64,000 bases of DNA. Origin: Octopus bimaculoides (taxonomy: Eukaryota). A model generated the notes under the pieces. The model saw only the letters and a list, made by a program, of their open reading frames with translations. It did no database searches and was not told the origin of the DNA. Positions 40,770 through 53,985 of this stretch are shown here, piece by piece; position 1 is the stretch's first letter, and each line of letters opens with the position of its first letter. The position numbers and the translations under genes are program-made. The DNA is taken from NCBI RefSeq assembly GCF_001194135.2, contig NC_068995.1:18074865-18138864 (forward strand). The letters are read 5' to 3'.

Positions 40770-41164
40770 ATATATGTATATATATATATATATATATATN
40801 NNNNNNNNNNNNNNNNNNNNNNNNNNNNNNNNNNNNNNNNNNNNNNNNNNNNNNNNNNNNNNNNNNNNNNNNNNNNNNNNNNNNNNNNNNNNNNNNNNNN
40901 NNNNNNNNNNNNNNNNNNNNNNNNNNNNNNNNNNNNNNNNNNNNNNNNNNNNNNNNNNNNNNNNNNNNNNNNNNNNNNNNNNNNNNNNNNNNNNNNNNNN
41001 NNNNNNNNNNNNNNNNNNNNNNNNNNNNNNNNNNNNNNNNNNNNNNNNNNNNNNNNNNNNNNNNNNNNNNNNNNNNNNNNNNNNNNNNNNNNNNNNNNNN
41101 NNNNNNNNNNNNNNNNNNNNNNNNNNNNNNNNNNNNNNNNNNNNNNNNNNNNNNNNNNNNNNNN

Positions 41165-41213
<49 letters not shown>

Positions 41214-41250
41214 AAGCGTGTGTGTGTGTGCAAGCGTGTGTGTGTGTGCA
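40770..41250. other. Assembly gap 40800-41164 between (TA)n and (GT)n
   Basis: N run. Confidence 0.99.
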
Positions 41251-41504
41251 TATACTTTATTTTTGGGTTAACAAGGCTATGATTGGTTTCATAGCGAGAA
41301 TTGGGACTTTAGCATGTCTCCATTTTGGATGAGACTACAATGAAATTACACGAGAATGAGCAGGATTTTGGAATAAAGAAATAAATATGCAAATCAGGGA
41401 AAACAAGTTCTAGTCTCTATGTCCCTTCGATTAGTTTTGGTTTCGTTCAAATGAATATAAATGCACCTTCATATGTACATGTGCATCCATACAGAATATC
41501 CATG

Positions 41505-41548
41505 CAGAACATGTGCCCCCGCTCACACAGACACAGACAGACAGACAG

Positions 41549-41625
<77 letters not shown>
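41505..41625. repeat. (CAGA)/(CA)n microsatellite
   Basis: Directly visible. Confidence 0.95.
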
Positions 41626-43949
41626 TCTGCATTATGCATTTTGTTCGTGTTTGACTATGCGCAGATGACTGTGGATTTTCATATAATGTTCACAACAAAC
41701 TTAGCCCATGGGAGGGTAATTTCACGGAAATGCGCCTTCAGAAATGTGTGCATATAACGTGATGTCATGAATATTTGTAATGCACATATGTGTTTGTAAG
41801 GAGGGTGTTCAGCTTAAGTTTATCGGAGCATGTGTCTTTCATGAATCATGTTCATATATTGAATATATATTTTATGTTCAAAGAAAACTTTTATCTAGGC
41901 TGGAGAAGCGATAAGGTAGATAGAAACTCAAGCTTGAAATTTCGAAGCGTGAATTGTTACTTATGCACGCAGTATAATAACTTTTTACCCCCAATTTTTA
42001 AAACGCTGACGGTATGATATTCAGTTTTCGGTAATGTAAAGCTCGAATTTGTTTCCTCATCCCCTGTTTTTGCTTGCTTAGTTATAATGCTCCAGATTAT
42101 CTAGGAGTTGCTAGCGCCTCTCTCCTTATGTATCCATGCCATGTTTCATAAAGATGTTATCTGTCTATTGTTTTCATCTCTGAGTGATGCCAAATACTGT
42201 GTATGATTTTTGAAGTTGTTTCTCGTCATTCCAATATACTTTATTGTTATTCCGTTCAAAACTGTAATGTTTCCAGGCACGTATTGTCCAGGGACAGCTT
42301 CCTAAAGGTCTAAGATTACAGAAGCGCGCGTCAACGTGAATTCTTGATAAACAAAAGAGACAAAGATACCTACAAACTTCCAAGTTGTTGTAGAAAATTT
42401 CGACTACGTATGAAATATATTACCCACAACATCAGCAGCTTCCCCAAAATTCCTGCAAAATAGTACATCCCACTAAGGCATGATTTAGTTGCAATGACTA
42501 TTTTCAATAATATTTGTAGGAAGAATAACTCTGACGTGTACGTCAAATGTATGTCCAGTATGTACTCACAGCCTAAGAAACGAGTAATACTGGTTGAACA
42601 CACCAACAAAAACAGCAAATCAATGCAAATATAAAATCTAATATGCAGTGGATGCAAATGCACCATCAATAGTCCTGGAAAAGAGAATAGCTACGGTGGG
42701 ACATACAGGTTTTGTACACAGACTATAAACCTCGCTTTTTATCTATGATCTTCGGTGCATTACTGTATGTGCCTAAAAGTGTACGCAAAAACTAAAAGTT
42801 TTCGAATAAATATACAAAGGTTTTCGGACACGCATCTTCCGATGCAATTTATCTGCAGCATAGTGAAAGTGTGTAGGTCATTCCAAAAATTCTCCATTTC
42901 AAATTTATTAGAAGTTTAAATCGATATTCTTTGGTGCGGATCGACAGTTCAACCAACATAGCAGTTCAGTCCATATTTATAAACACTCTCAAAATATATT
43001 TACAAAACTCGATGAACTCAAAATATCTTCTTGCTTTGCAAGCCAGTTACTTGCAAAGCAAGAAACTGGCTTGAACTCTCTTAAGGATTTAAATAAATCT
43101 TAAAAAAATACACACACACACACGCACAAATATATTTCGTAATGTTATTTTTATATCATATCGTTATGTTATTTTCATATTTGCTAAACAAATCGCCTTA
43201 TAATGTAAAAGAGAAAACATCACTCTCCGTCGATCACTAACGTAACTTGGTTGTTCGGATACTGTTTTACAGCTTTGAAATGACAAGATTTTGCTAGTGA
43301 CTCGTTCATACTGTGTAACCGATTTCGAGAAATCGCTTGCACATACAATGTCAAACAGACAGAGAAGCGAATCAAATAGTGTTCTGGAGATAGTACTTTA
43401 GTTATCGTGTTCCGCGGGATAACAAGAATTTTTGAAATAGGCAGTAAAGAACTTAGTACAAAATCTGAACTTTTTTCTGCTCTAAACATTCTACCACTCG
43501 AGCGTCTGGCTTTCAGTCGATATTCTAAAAAGAATTAAAACAAGCCATTAATTGATATCATAGACGTTATGTTTGCTATCAGAACAATTTGAATATTAGA
43601 ATGGCAGGCTTCTTAATACCTACACATGGACTTAGTTGATCGTAAGATCCAGCTATTTGCAAATTTGACTAACGTTGCATTTAAGAAAAGGATTTTTGTA
43701 ATGTTCCATACATAATTTGTGCATCAGAAAATTATAAAACGTTTAGTAAATTTTGGACGCCATTTCCATTTATCTCACAATGTTGAAGGTCTCGCACTCC
43801 ACAGGAGTCGGCAACCCTCATCATAACAGATATATCGATTATAAACACTACTAAACAACCACCGATTTATATAATTGACAATGTTTCAGTCTAAAATAAT
43901 TTGCCCTTGTCACGATTCAGGTGAAGTAAATATTGGAAATATGGGAGTC

Positions 43950-43950
<1 letters not shown>

Positions 43951-44004
<54 letters not shown>

Positions 44005-44255
44005 AATAGTATACACGTCATCTAGTTGTTTAAGCAATACTGGAATATTTAATACAGGAAACATCTAATGCCTATCCCAGAGAGAAAATGTTTATGAAAA
44101 GAAATATTCTTGAAATCAGTGTATTTCGTACTTGATAGGATTGATTGTACGTGTTTCTCTCGCACACACTCTTTTCCTCTCTTCATATACATACATACGT
44201 GCATACATACATACATGCATACATACATACATACATACATACATACATACATACA
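43951..44255. repeat. (GT)n at 43951-44001 and (ATAC)n at ~44185-44255
   Basis: Directly visible. Confidence 0.95.
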
Positions 44256-44894
44256 AACATATGTATTCACGTATGTGTATCTATAATACTTTACTCCTTT
44301 AGCTACATTCATATTTACGAAAAAGTGCAATGTGGCTCAGGAAGATGTGCGTGTTCTTTCTCTAGTAGCATCAAGTGAAAGAAATATACATTGGCGCTAA
44401 TTAAGTTTGATTCGTGCTATGAAGTCATTAAAATTGCTATAGAATTTCATCATCTCTTGGGTTCGAAAAGAGCAATACACACTAAGTATTTAAACATTGC
44501 AGACTGCTACAAACAGTTCGAAATAATGGCTTACACGAAAAATTACAAACATATATTGAAACGCCTTTTGAAGTGAAAAAAAATCCTGATTTCTTCAATT
44601 CCTTCTGTATTGCGCAACATGAGGTTTTATAGGATGTATACATTCCCAAAATTAATTTTTCTTGATAAACGAAGATGAAAGACATAGTATTGTATTGCAA
44701 ATTCTTGTAGAATATGCTATATCTTCCCTTTGGTTATTTATTTTGGATTGAATCGCAAACATCTCACACAAAATTTATTAACGTAGAGTACAATAAAAGA
44801 TTCCCTGCTACTACTGCTACTGCTGTAACAAGAAAGATTACTGCTATTTCTTGTATCTCTACTAATATTAGAAACATTTTTCTAATTTTGGAAC

Positions 44895-45095
44895 GAGGCT
44901 AGCAGAGTTAAGGGGAGGGGCAGATCGATAATATCGCTCTTTAGTATTATGAGGCTGGTACTTATTTCATCGGCTTTGAAATGATGAAAAGTAAAGCTAA
45001 CCTCAGTGGGATGTGAACTCAGGTGGAATAGACCCGGGACAAATGCCACGAAGCATTTTGTCCGCCGTGCCAATGATCCTGACAAAACACCGCTT
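44895..45095 (-). mobile_element. SINE family B, diverged copy
   Basis: gctggtacttatttcatcggctttgaaatgatgaaaagtaaagctaacctcagtgggatgtgaactcagg...gcattttgtccgccgtgccaatgatcctg. Confidence 0.7.
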
Positions 45096-46224
45096 TACCG
45101 CTATTAATAATACTGGTACTTGATTGAGACACAGGCCAATAATTTTTAGTGCAAGTGTTAGTCCGCTTCTTCAACGAATTATATCAGCTCTCGTTTATCA
45201 GTAGTTGCAAATAATAGCTCAGGTCCTGCAAAATTGAGGAAAATTGGTCAGTTTTTTATCATTGACACAATACTTGCGTTGTATTTTATTTTATGGACTT
45301 CGAAAATGTGTAAGCAATGCTAAAATTGCATGATTATAGCTCAGTTGATAAAAAAAGAAAAAAACTGGAACAAAGAGAGCAAAGCATTTTGAAACACGGA
45401 TTTATGATTCTAACGAACTATATAAAAGTAAATAAGGAAAAATAGTGTATTATTTGATTTTAGCCACATTGAAAATCTGCTTGAACATACATATCAGTAA
45501 TAAGAAAATAATAACAAATAAGTGCAGTAGAAAGTGATTTGTATGTAGCTTATTTATTGACATACTTCATACCTGTGCTTGCGAGTTAGCCTAAAGTTAT
45601 GTCAAATTGAAATATGCTCCGTTATTTTAGAAAACTGAGGAGTGTTACAAGAAAGTACCAAACCAGTTAAAAGATAAAGACCAGCTTACAATAATCTGCG
45701 TCAGCATGCCTCGTGTATTCTGGCAGGAACAAGACCCTGTACATCTCGAATGAAATCTAGAAACATTCTTAGAAATTTATCTCCCATGTAGATATATCAT
45801 TTACAAAAGGAATATTCAAGATGAGGATATACAAGTAAAATCAGCAACAATGTTTACTTATATATGTGCTAAAACAGAACATGTGCCAAGACCACCAATC
45901 CAGGAAATAACTCCGCTACCCAAGACATCATATATAAGAAGCTCATTTGAAATTCAATTGCACAACTAGCGCTCAAAATATATCTGTAACAAAAAAACAC
46001 CCAATACGTATACCAGCATACACTAAAAACACACTTTGCATACATTCACATAGTATTTAGCAGATACCAAAACTACACCACACAGACCAAAACAATGTGA
46101 TTCATATTGTTGCTCGTAATCTCCCCCTTTTCTTTTATTTTAAATCAATTTCCTTTATTTTAAATCATTTTTACTAATATTTCGCTAGTGCATGCTAATT
46201 TACATAGCAGGCATTTTATCTTGA

Positions 46225-47805
46225 ATTTTGGTGACAACAAATCTCCCCAAATCTCAAGAATCTTTCTCAGAATATTTGCAGAATATGAGATTGTACTTTT
46301 CTGCAGGTCGGCAAAGTGAGTGTCAATTCCAATCTCTCAGTTTGCTATGTAGCATTTCGGGACGTGTGCCAGCACTCTGAGTTTCCTCAGTACTCTGAGT
46401 TTCCTCAGTACTCTGAGTTTCCTCAGCACTCTAGCTATATCCTGATATCTCTCAATTTTTCTCAATTTCTTTGTATTTACCCTGCTATCATAGGGAATTT
46501 CAAAATTTATGATCTTACACTGTTTGTTTATTTTGTTCCCTACGATCATATCCGTTATTTTTTGCTTCAATAGTAAAGTGGCCTTTTGGGGAAATCCCAC
46601 ATGGTCTTATATTTTCATTTTTTCTCACAGCGTCTGGTACGCGTTCAAACCTCTTTTCTGTTCTTTTGAAACCACTCATTCAGGTAACTACTCAATACAC
46701 TCTTTTGCATACACAGTCACGTCAACGTTTATATTCCTCTTTTACTATTATACTGCATTAACTCAAAAGGTTACAAATACTTTCATCTATTTTCCTACAC
46801 GTTCTGCGTTTGTTGTCTGATTGGGATTTGTTGGTCTTTTATTTTATCGGGTTTGTTTTACAGGCTTCTCCCAGAGAAGCTATAATTTGCGTTCCTGTGT
46901 CACGTTTCAAGTTTCAGAGCCTATGATCTTTACTTCCTAAATTCTCGGGTTGTTGTATGAATTCGTCATGTGGTTTTGTTTTCTTTTCATCTGTTTGCTC
47001 TGTTGTTCTTTGTTTTCTCTTTCAATTCTCTAAGTGTTTCGGTCACATTTTGGGTATTTCAGGCTGCCGATAGTATAATTCTTTCAACTCCGCACAACAG
47101 CATCTCAGTATTAACTGTGTCCACTGCGTTTAGTAATCCTCTGTTATCTTCCTTTCATGGTACGTAGAGTCGGTCGGTAATTCTTATAGGGTGTAATGCG
47201 TTGTGCTTTGTGAGAAGCTTTCTGGTTCTACTATCCAAGTTCGGTAGGTCGGCGTTTGTCAATTTCAGAAAGCATAGTAACTCAATACGGGGATAGTCCA
47301 TGTATTTATGGTTTTAACGATATTACCGCCATTTAACTTTCTTTCAGGGCAAATTCTTAATTCTTGTCTGGTACTTTTATGGACTTTCTCATTTCTTCTT
47401 CCATTGTACTATCGTCTTGCATCACTCCTAGATACATGTACCCTTCATTATATAGCAATGTAATGACGTTATCTTGTAGAATTTATGCCATCAGAGTTTA
47501 CATTTTGGCTTTGCTTCATAATTGGTACTAAGCATTTATTCACACCAAACTGCATTCCAATATCTCTAGTGAATACTCGCACTGTTTAGATCAAAGAATC
47601 TAGGTCCATCTCATTTGCAGCTTTTAGGTCATCCATGAAAAGCAGGGGATTTAATCTCTTCTTAGATTTTCTAATCTCATTTGTAGACCTGGATCTTCTT
47701 AGTATACAGGCCAGGAAGATTAGTGCAAGGACGAAGAGTAATTGAGGAAGTGAATCGCTCCTTGGTGAATGCCCCTGCGTATTTCCACGTTGAGTAGCCA
47801 TTTAT
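46225..47805 (-). mobile_element. 5'-truncated, degraded R4/Dong-type (RLE) non-LTR retrotransposon: RT C-terminal half, Zn-knuckle region and restriction-like endonuclease
   Basis: RG..QG..DSLPQLLFVLALI...KRLNPLLFMDDLK...DLDSLI (RT, FMDD); TVRVFTRDIGMQFGVNKC; YMYLGV; KLNGGNIVKTINTWTIPVLSY; DRLYVP; DMIVGNKINKQCKIINFEIPYDSRVNTK..KIERYQDIARVLRK (PD..D/E..K RLE); LQKSTISYSANILRKILE C-terminus. Confidence 0.92.
46370..46432. repeat. 18-bp tandem repeat x3.5 (cagYactctgagtttcct) inside the LINE endonuclease
   Basis: Units at 46370, 46388, 46406 and a partial at 46424. Confidence 0.97.
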
Positions 47806-47907
47806 TTCAACGTGTCATTTGTACTACCCACACGTTCAATGATTCTTACAAAAAAGCTGTTTATCTTCTCATTGACTGCGAGTATCCTCAGACACTCCAA
47901 GGGCAAG

Positions 47908-48793
47908 CTTCGAATTGTGTCACAATATTTAGAGATAGTGCTTCCGAAGAATGATGCACATTTGCATTTGAATAATAGCTACCTATCTTTTGATTACGAA
48001 TGTTTCGAGAAGTTTTAGGAAAATATTCAAAACATTAAACGCTCTATTTCCATAGCTGAAAGTGTTAACAATAAAGCAATAAAAATATATACAAATGTAT
48101 ATGTAAGTTATTAAGTTAAAATTGTAGTAGTAGTACCAGCAGAAGCACCAGTGTTTTCTAGTATATACTCCTAACACAAGATATTAATCCAATACTTCCA
48201 TTACTCTTTTTTAGCCTCGTATTTTTCTTTTATTTTATCATACACTGGAACTCAAAAATCTTATTTTTCTCGCTAAGTATGGTGCTGCTGCGAGTTTAAA
48301 GTACTTACTGTTTCAGCTCAATTATTATTTTTTTAATTAGTTCACATAGCCTCTATTTCGCAAAGTCTACATTGTCCCTAATAACAATTCAGGTGTGTTG
48401 ACATGCATCAACACTGCAAACAAGTAAGTACGAAGGTTAGCATATTCTTTCATCACCTATGCATAACTTTTGTGGTATCGTATTAATTTTCGACAGTTTA
48501 GTCATATATATATGATGTACTAGTCAGTTTTATTGGGGGATGAGGTGTAAGAAAATCTACACAGCAGACGACTGTAGAAAAACACACTTCGAATTGTGTC
48601 ACAATATTTAGAGATAGTGCTTCCAAAGAATGATGAACATTTGCATTTGAATAATAGCTACCTATCTTTTGATTACGAATGTTTCGAGAAGTTTTAGGAA
48701 AACATTCAAAACATTAAACGCTCTATTTCCATAGCTGAAAGTGTTAACAATAAAGCAGTATATGTATATGTAAGTTATTAAGTTAAAATTGTA
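47908..48793. repeat. Direct duplication: 47908-48126 and 48587-48793
   Basis: First 171 bp differ by 3 substitutions (offset 679), then a short indel, then a further shared ~29 bp. Confidence 0.97.
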
Positions 48794-49929
48794 ATAACTA
48801 TAAATACCAGAAAGTAATTCACTAATACAAAAATATTAAGTTTGATTTAATATATATAAGTATTATATATTAGTGATATAGTCACGCTACATAATTTTGA
48901 AATTGAATAAATAGAAATTGAATAAAGTAAAACTCCATTCAGTTCATTTATATTTTGCGTCGGTATCACCAGTTTCTTTCAGGTAGCAATGTGTTACTAG
49001 GGGCCTGTGGACGGACTTCCTTTTATTGTTCTTAAAAAAGGACAATGAAACGTTAAGAGAAGCTGAAATGAACAGAAACGCAACTCAATCATAAAGTTGT
49101 ACTCGTAGCTTTTGGTATCCAAAGCGGTTGTGTGTACCTAGCGGAAAACAACTTTTTTCTGTTAGTACAGTATGCAATTGGCACTCAGTTTGTAGTTTTC
49201 GTTTTAGAAACTACTGAACAGGTGCGACAACAAAAACACCATTTCTTTTTACATGATATCTGGTTTCTGTTTTAAAAATAGCAGATATATCAAAATCTAT
49301 TAAATTATTCCAAATATATTTGGGACCTAAAATGATCTACAGCTTAATGTTGATACATATAGTACAACATCTAGTTTGCAACACTCTTGTTTCCAATGAA
49401 TTCGGTCTGCCCACAAACCTAAAATATTTAAAACTAAAAAAAGCTTATATCATGTGAAATAAATGGTCTTTAAATAGAGGAAAATATTATAAATTAAATA
49501 AAGACTTCGAAAATGTATTTTCTGAATAATATTTATTATATATTTGCATTGAAATTTGTCTCAAGTATAAAATATATGTTTATACAAAAAGAAAGAAGAA
49601 ATGAATATCATGTAATATTGTACATATAATTATAAAAAAATCATTTCATATTGAATTCTAATGTTGGTAGAATGCCAAATATATCTAAGCGTCAGAGCGA
49701 TATTACAGAAATATTTGTGTGTATATATACCCTACATTTTAAAGCAAGGGTATCATAAATGTGTATATTTAAACAACTTCATTATTTTTGCTCTTTTTCT
49801 TTCCATTTTTGTCTCTTCCTTCACATTCATTCATCTATCCCGCCATACCTTTTTCTTTCTTTCATTCCTTCTTTCGTTCTTTCTGTCTTTCTCTCTCTTT
49901 CTCTCATTAGCTAGCTAGCTATCCATATT

Positions 49930-49930
49930 A

Positions 49931-50003
<73 letters not shown>

Positions 50004-50105
50004 TCATACATCTATATACATACATACATACCTGTCTGCATACACGCCCACATACATACATACACACACACATATACATACACGTATACATATATGAATG
50101 TATAT
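49930..50105. repeat. (GT)/(TA)/(CATA) compound microsatellite
   Basis: Directly visible. Confidence 0.92.
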
Positions 50106-50513
50106 GTAAGAATATGCGCTCACACACTCTCATACGTCCAAGCACGCTCATACATATTGAACGTATGCATGTGTATTGATGTAGATATATTGGCGTGTGT
50201 ATGTTTTCATGTGCGTGTCAGTCTGTATAATTGTAAATATATAGAGGAGTTATTACCCAATGTGTCTGTCACAGCCACCAAATTTAATATAACAAGAAAC
50301 GACGGAGCAGTAATCAATATTAGACAATATTCCGAAGGAAGAAAATTTTCATCAATGTCAGTAATAAATCATTTCTGATAATTACAGCATACAGACTTAC
50401 TGTATGTACAGGCATTAACTGCGAGGGTGTGTAGGAGATGAATGTTAAGAGAGGAAAGAAAGTTGTGTTCATAGGAGCAGTAATACATAAGGAATGTGAG
50501 TTAGAGTTATAAA

Positions 50514-51287
50514 TGAGAGAGAGAGAGAGGAAGAGAGAGAGAGAGAGAGAGAGAGATAGGAAGAGAGAGATAGAAAGAGAGAGAGATAGGAAGAGAGAGA
50601 TAGAAAGAGAGAGAGAGAGAGAGAGGGAGGGAGGGACAGTACGATTGATAGGGAGAATTCACGTGAGAGGTGGAGGATGAGTTTAATTTAAATGTGAGAA
50701 TGCAGAGTAGAATTGTGGCGATTGAGATTGATACAGATGTGAAAAGATTGGAAGAGGTGGAGATCATTGAGAAAATGATACGAGACAAGAATCAGTTAGA
50801 TGGGCGAGATGAGAGGATTGAGATAAATACTATGATACTGATGTATAGATATACAGACAGTGGTAGACATAGACAGAGAAAGGTTCAATGTCAGTTGATT
50901 TGAGTGTGAGATATGAGAAAGACGATGGATGAGAAAGACACAGTAAACGAATCGGATGTTAAGGAGGAAAAGGTACACAAAATGACTCAGGTGAAAGGAA
51001 CGCAAAAGAGACAAAGGGAACGACGGTAGAAAGAGGTGCGGAGATAAACATTGAGTAAAAATAACAGTTCGAAAGAGACAGAAGAGAGATTAAATACAAA
51101 GAAACATAAAAGAAGAATGTACATTAGATATTAACAACAAAGAAAATATTTGAGAAGCAGGGAGGGAAAATTCAATGATAGTGTTTTTCTAAATGGAGAT
51201 AATTACTAATAGTAGAGGAGCAAACAAGAGATAGACAGGGAGACAAGAGAGAGTAGAAAATAAATGAGTGTGTACGTCTATAGATAA

Positions 51288-51337
<50 letters not shown>

Positions 51338-51340
51338 GAA
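50514..51340. repeat. Purine-rich low-complexity region: (GA)n with a duplicated ~30-bp unit, decayed GA-rich tract, (ATAG)n at 51279-51337
   Basis: Directly visible. Confidence 0.85.
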
Positions 51341-51971
51341 ATCAAATATACGGATAGGAAAACAAGTAATGCAGTAAAATATTGTAGAGAATAAGAAGGA
51401 TAGATGGAGAATAATAGAGAAAAACATAAATCAAAAGCCAGAATGAGAACTCAGGACGAGAAAGTAAAAGAGTCGAAATGCTCTGTGACGAGACAAAATA
51501 TCTTGAATGTTAAATAAAAAATATTTCTTAAAATAAGGTCCACCGCAGCACCGTATTTCATATCCATTACTTCAACACCCAAATATTTTCTTCATATTTT
51601 ATTTTACGTCGCATTCTTAAACAATTTCGTTTACTTTGAAGTTTAGCCACATAACTAAATTTTTCTAAATTCTTACAAGAACACCCGCAAATTTTGTCAT
51701 TGAATTCTTCTTATCCACACAAACACTTATCTTTTTCCATAAAAATGGAATGTATTTAAATTCTATTTTCTCATGCCCTACAGTGACACTTTAAGGTTAT
51801 TCAGTGTAATATACTGCTGCAAATAGTGCACACACGCAAATCATATGTATACTCAAAGTTTCAAAACTTATTTTTCAAAACTAATTTCAATGAAGATGAA
51901 TTTCCTATAATATTGCAGTGTAATAACTTTGCTCAAAATAACTGCTATGAATCAAAGATATATCGGTTTGA

Positions 51972-52157
51972 AATTTTGTCACAAGGCTAGCAATTTTGAG
52001 GAGGGAGACTAGTGCACAGTTGGTACTTATTTTATCGACTCCGAAACGATGAAAGGTAAAGTCAACCTCAGCGGAATTTGAACTCAGTATGTAAGGACAG
52101 GCGAAATAGCGTTAAGCATTTTGCCCTATGCAAACGTCTCAGAAAGTTCTCTGCCTT
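51972..52157 (-). mobile_element. SINE family B, diverged copy
   Basis: cacaaggctagcaattttgaggaggg...ttggtacttattttatcgactccgaaacgatgaaaggtaaagtcaacctcagcggaatttgaactcag. Confidence 0.8.
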
Positions 52158-52714
52158 AAAATAAGTAGAATATATGTTCGTGACACGCCTCTTCTCGTTT
52201 TCCGGTGTGCATATATACTCAGGACTTTATAATCTAACGTTTTTTTACAAAACCAATATTCCCAAGTGTGGACACAGAATACTTGATTAGGTTTACACTA
52301 GCCATATATTGATAATATATCATATTCGTTTTTTCTATGCATGACTGACATTCACACCAAACTGCACGTACTGATAAAAAAAATCACTCAGCGAACAAAA
52401 ATGTCGATAGAATGCCCTGAGATTTGGACATTATAAATCTTGAGCCTGTTGGAAATTTATGAGAATCAATGAGCAGCTACTTTAATTACCATTAAATTCG
52501 ACCCATTACTAACTCAAAATTATCAGACTATCGAGTAAATATGGACATTATTCAACGAAAAATCATCCAGCTAAGTTTTTCTGTGAAAATGTCATACTAT
52601 CATGTAAAGCTGAATCAAATTATAATCGACCACCCGATAAGTAAATCCATGTGTAACGTGCCATACTATCATATCACATAAGATATGGAATATCCGAAAG
52701 ATATAACGGGAATG

Positions 52715-52752
52715 AGAGAGAGAGAGAGAGAAATACAGAGAGAGAGAGAGAC

Positions 52753-52785
<33 letters not shown>

Positions 52786-52810
52786 GGGAGATTGAGAGAG
52801 GGAGTGAGAC
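52715..52810. repeat. (GA)n/(GACA)n microsatellite
   Basis: Directly visible. Confidence 0.95.
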
Positions 52811-53577
52811 ATGAGTGCAATGATAGTGAATGGAGTACGTTTGATAAAAGGCTTGACTGATTCGGGCCGTTATGTGGGCATAAGCAATAATGTCGACAAA
52901 GTTAATAACAACAAAACAAAAATAAAAATAGAGGATACAAATAACTACTCTGACCTCTCTGTTGTTCTATTTCTTTTTCTTACTCCTTTACAATCAATTC
53001 ACTTTAATATGGGCCGTGATTTGACAAAATCCTTAGAGAGTCGGACAAAATAAGGTATGGTTTTATCTATGGTTCTTTACGTTGAGCATCCATCGAGCTC
53101 AATATAGACTATTATTCTTTTGGTCGATAAAATAAACCACAAAGCAATAACTGTAGTCATTTTAGTCAGCTAACACTGGTCTGAAAATTTTGGGGCCGTC
53201 TTCCTGTTTAAGAAATTAAAACGGATGCCTACTTTCTTCTCTTAATACGGTTTTGTCTTTTAAAGAATTTATCTTCACTTTCCAATAGTCTTCAATAATG
53301 ATGTTAATATTTTCTTTCTCACTAAGATTTTCTACAATCTATTGCTAATTTTGGATATTATGTCATTTATAGAGCCTATAAGTCAAGACTCTAACCGAGA
53401 ACTCTACTAAGGATGAATTTTTAGACAGAATGAGAATTTATTTCATACATATTTCTTACAAGTGCATAAACGTACACACATAAATATATACATGTGTGTG
53501 CGCGTGCGCGCGTGTGTGAAAAGAGAGACAAACGGATGGACGGACAGAAATGGAAAGAAATGACGAGTAAGAGAGCT

Positions 53578-53840
53578 ATATTCTTTCATTCTTCATTTGT
53601 TTTCAGCCACGGGCAGCGGGCAAATTCAACAACATTAAACTACTAAAGGTAACTACCTTTAGTAGTTTAATGTTGTTGAATATGCCCGGTGTGTCAGGGA
53701 ATCAAATATATTATAAATTTAAGACAGGTATTTGGTAGTATTTTTAGCGTAACCCTTACGGAACAACATTACATACACAAATTCTCAGTTACACGGATGC
53801 ACACACACACCAAGCCACACAAATACACATATGTTTGCCT
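53578..53840 (-). mobile_element. Degraded 3' half of SINE family C containing a fold-back inversion
   Basis: ttctttcattcttcatttgttttcagccac resembles the reverse complement of the family C 3' end. The downstream gttacacggatgcacacacacacc resembles the reverse complement of ggtgtgtttatatccctgtaac in the 13820 copy. Confidence 0.45.
53617..53688. repeat. Near-perfect palindrome: 28-bp arms, 2-nt loop, plus 6 further bp
   Basis: attcaacaacattaaactactaaaggta (53624-53651) AC tacctttagtagtttaatgttgttgaat (53654-53681); cgggca/tgcccg outside. Confidence 0.98.
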
Positions 53841-53844
53841 CATA

Positions 53845-53917
53845 TATACATACATACACACACACAAACACACACACACAGACACACACACACATACACA
53901 CACACACACACACACAC

Positions 53918-53982
<65 letters not shown>
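53845..53982. repeat. (CA)n-(TA)n microsatellite
   Basis: Directly visible. Confidence 0.97.

Positions 53983-53985
<3 letters not shown>

Noticed and set aside
50670-50903. 77-aa charged ORF (MEDEFNLNVRMQ...)
   Set aside because: Product of a GA-rich low-complexity tract that is depleted in stop codons.
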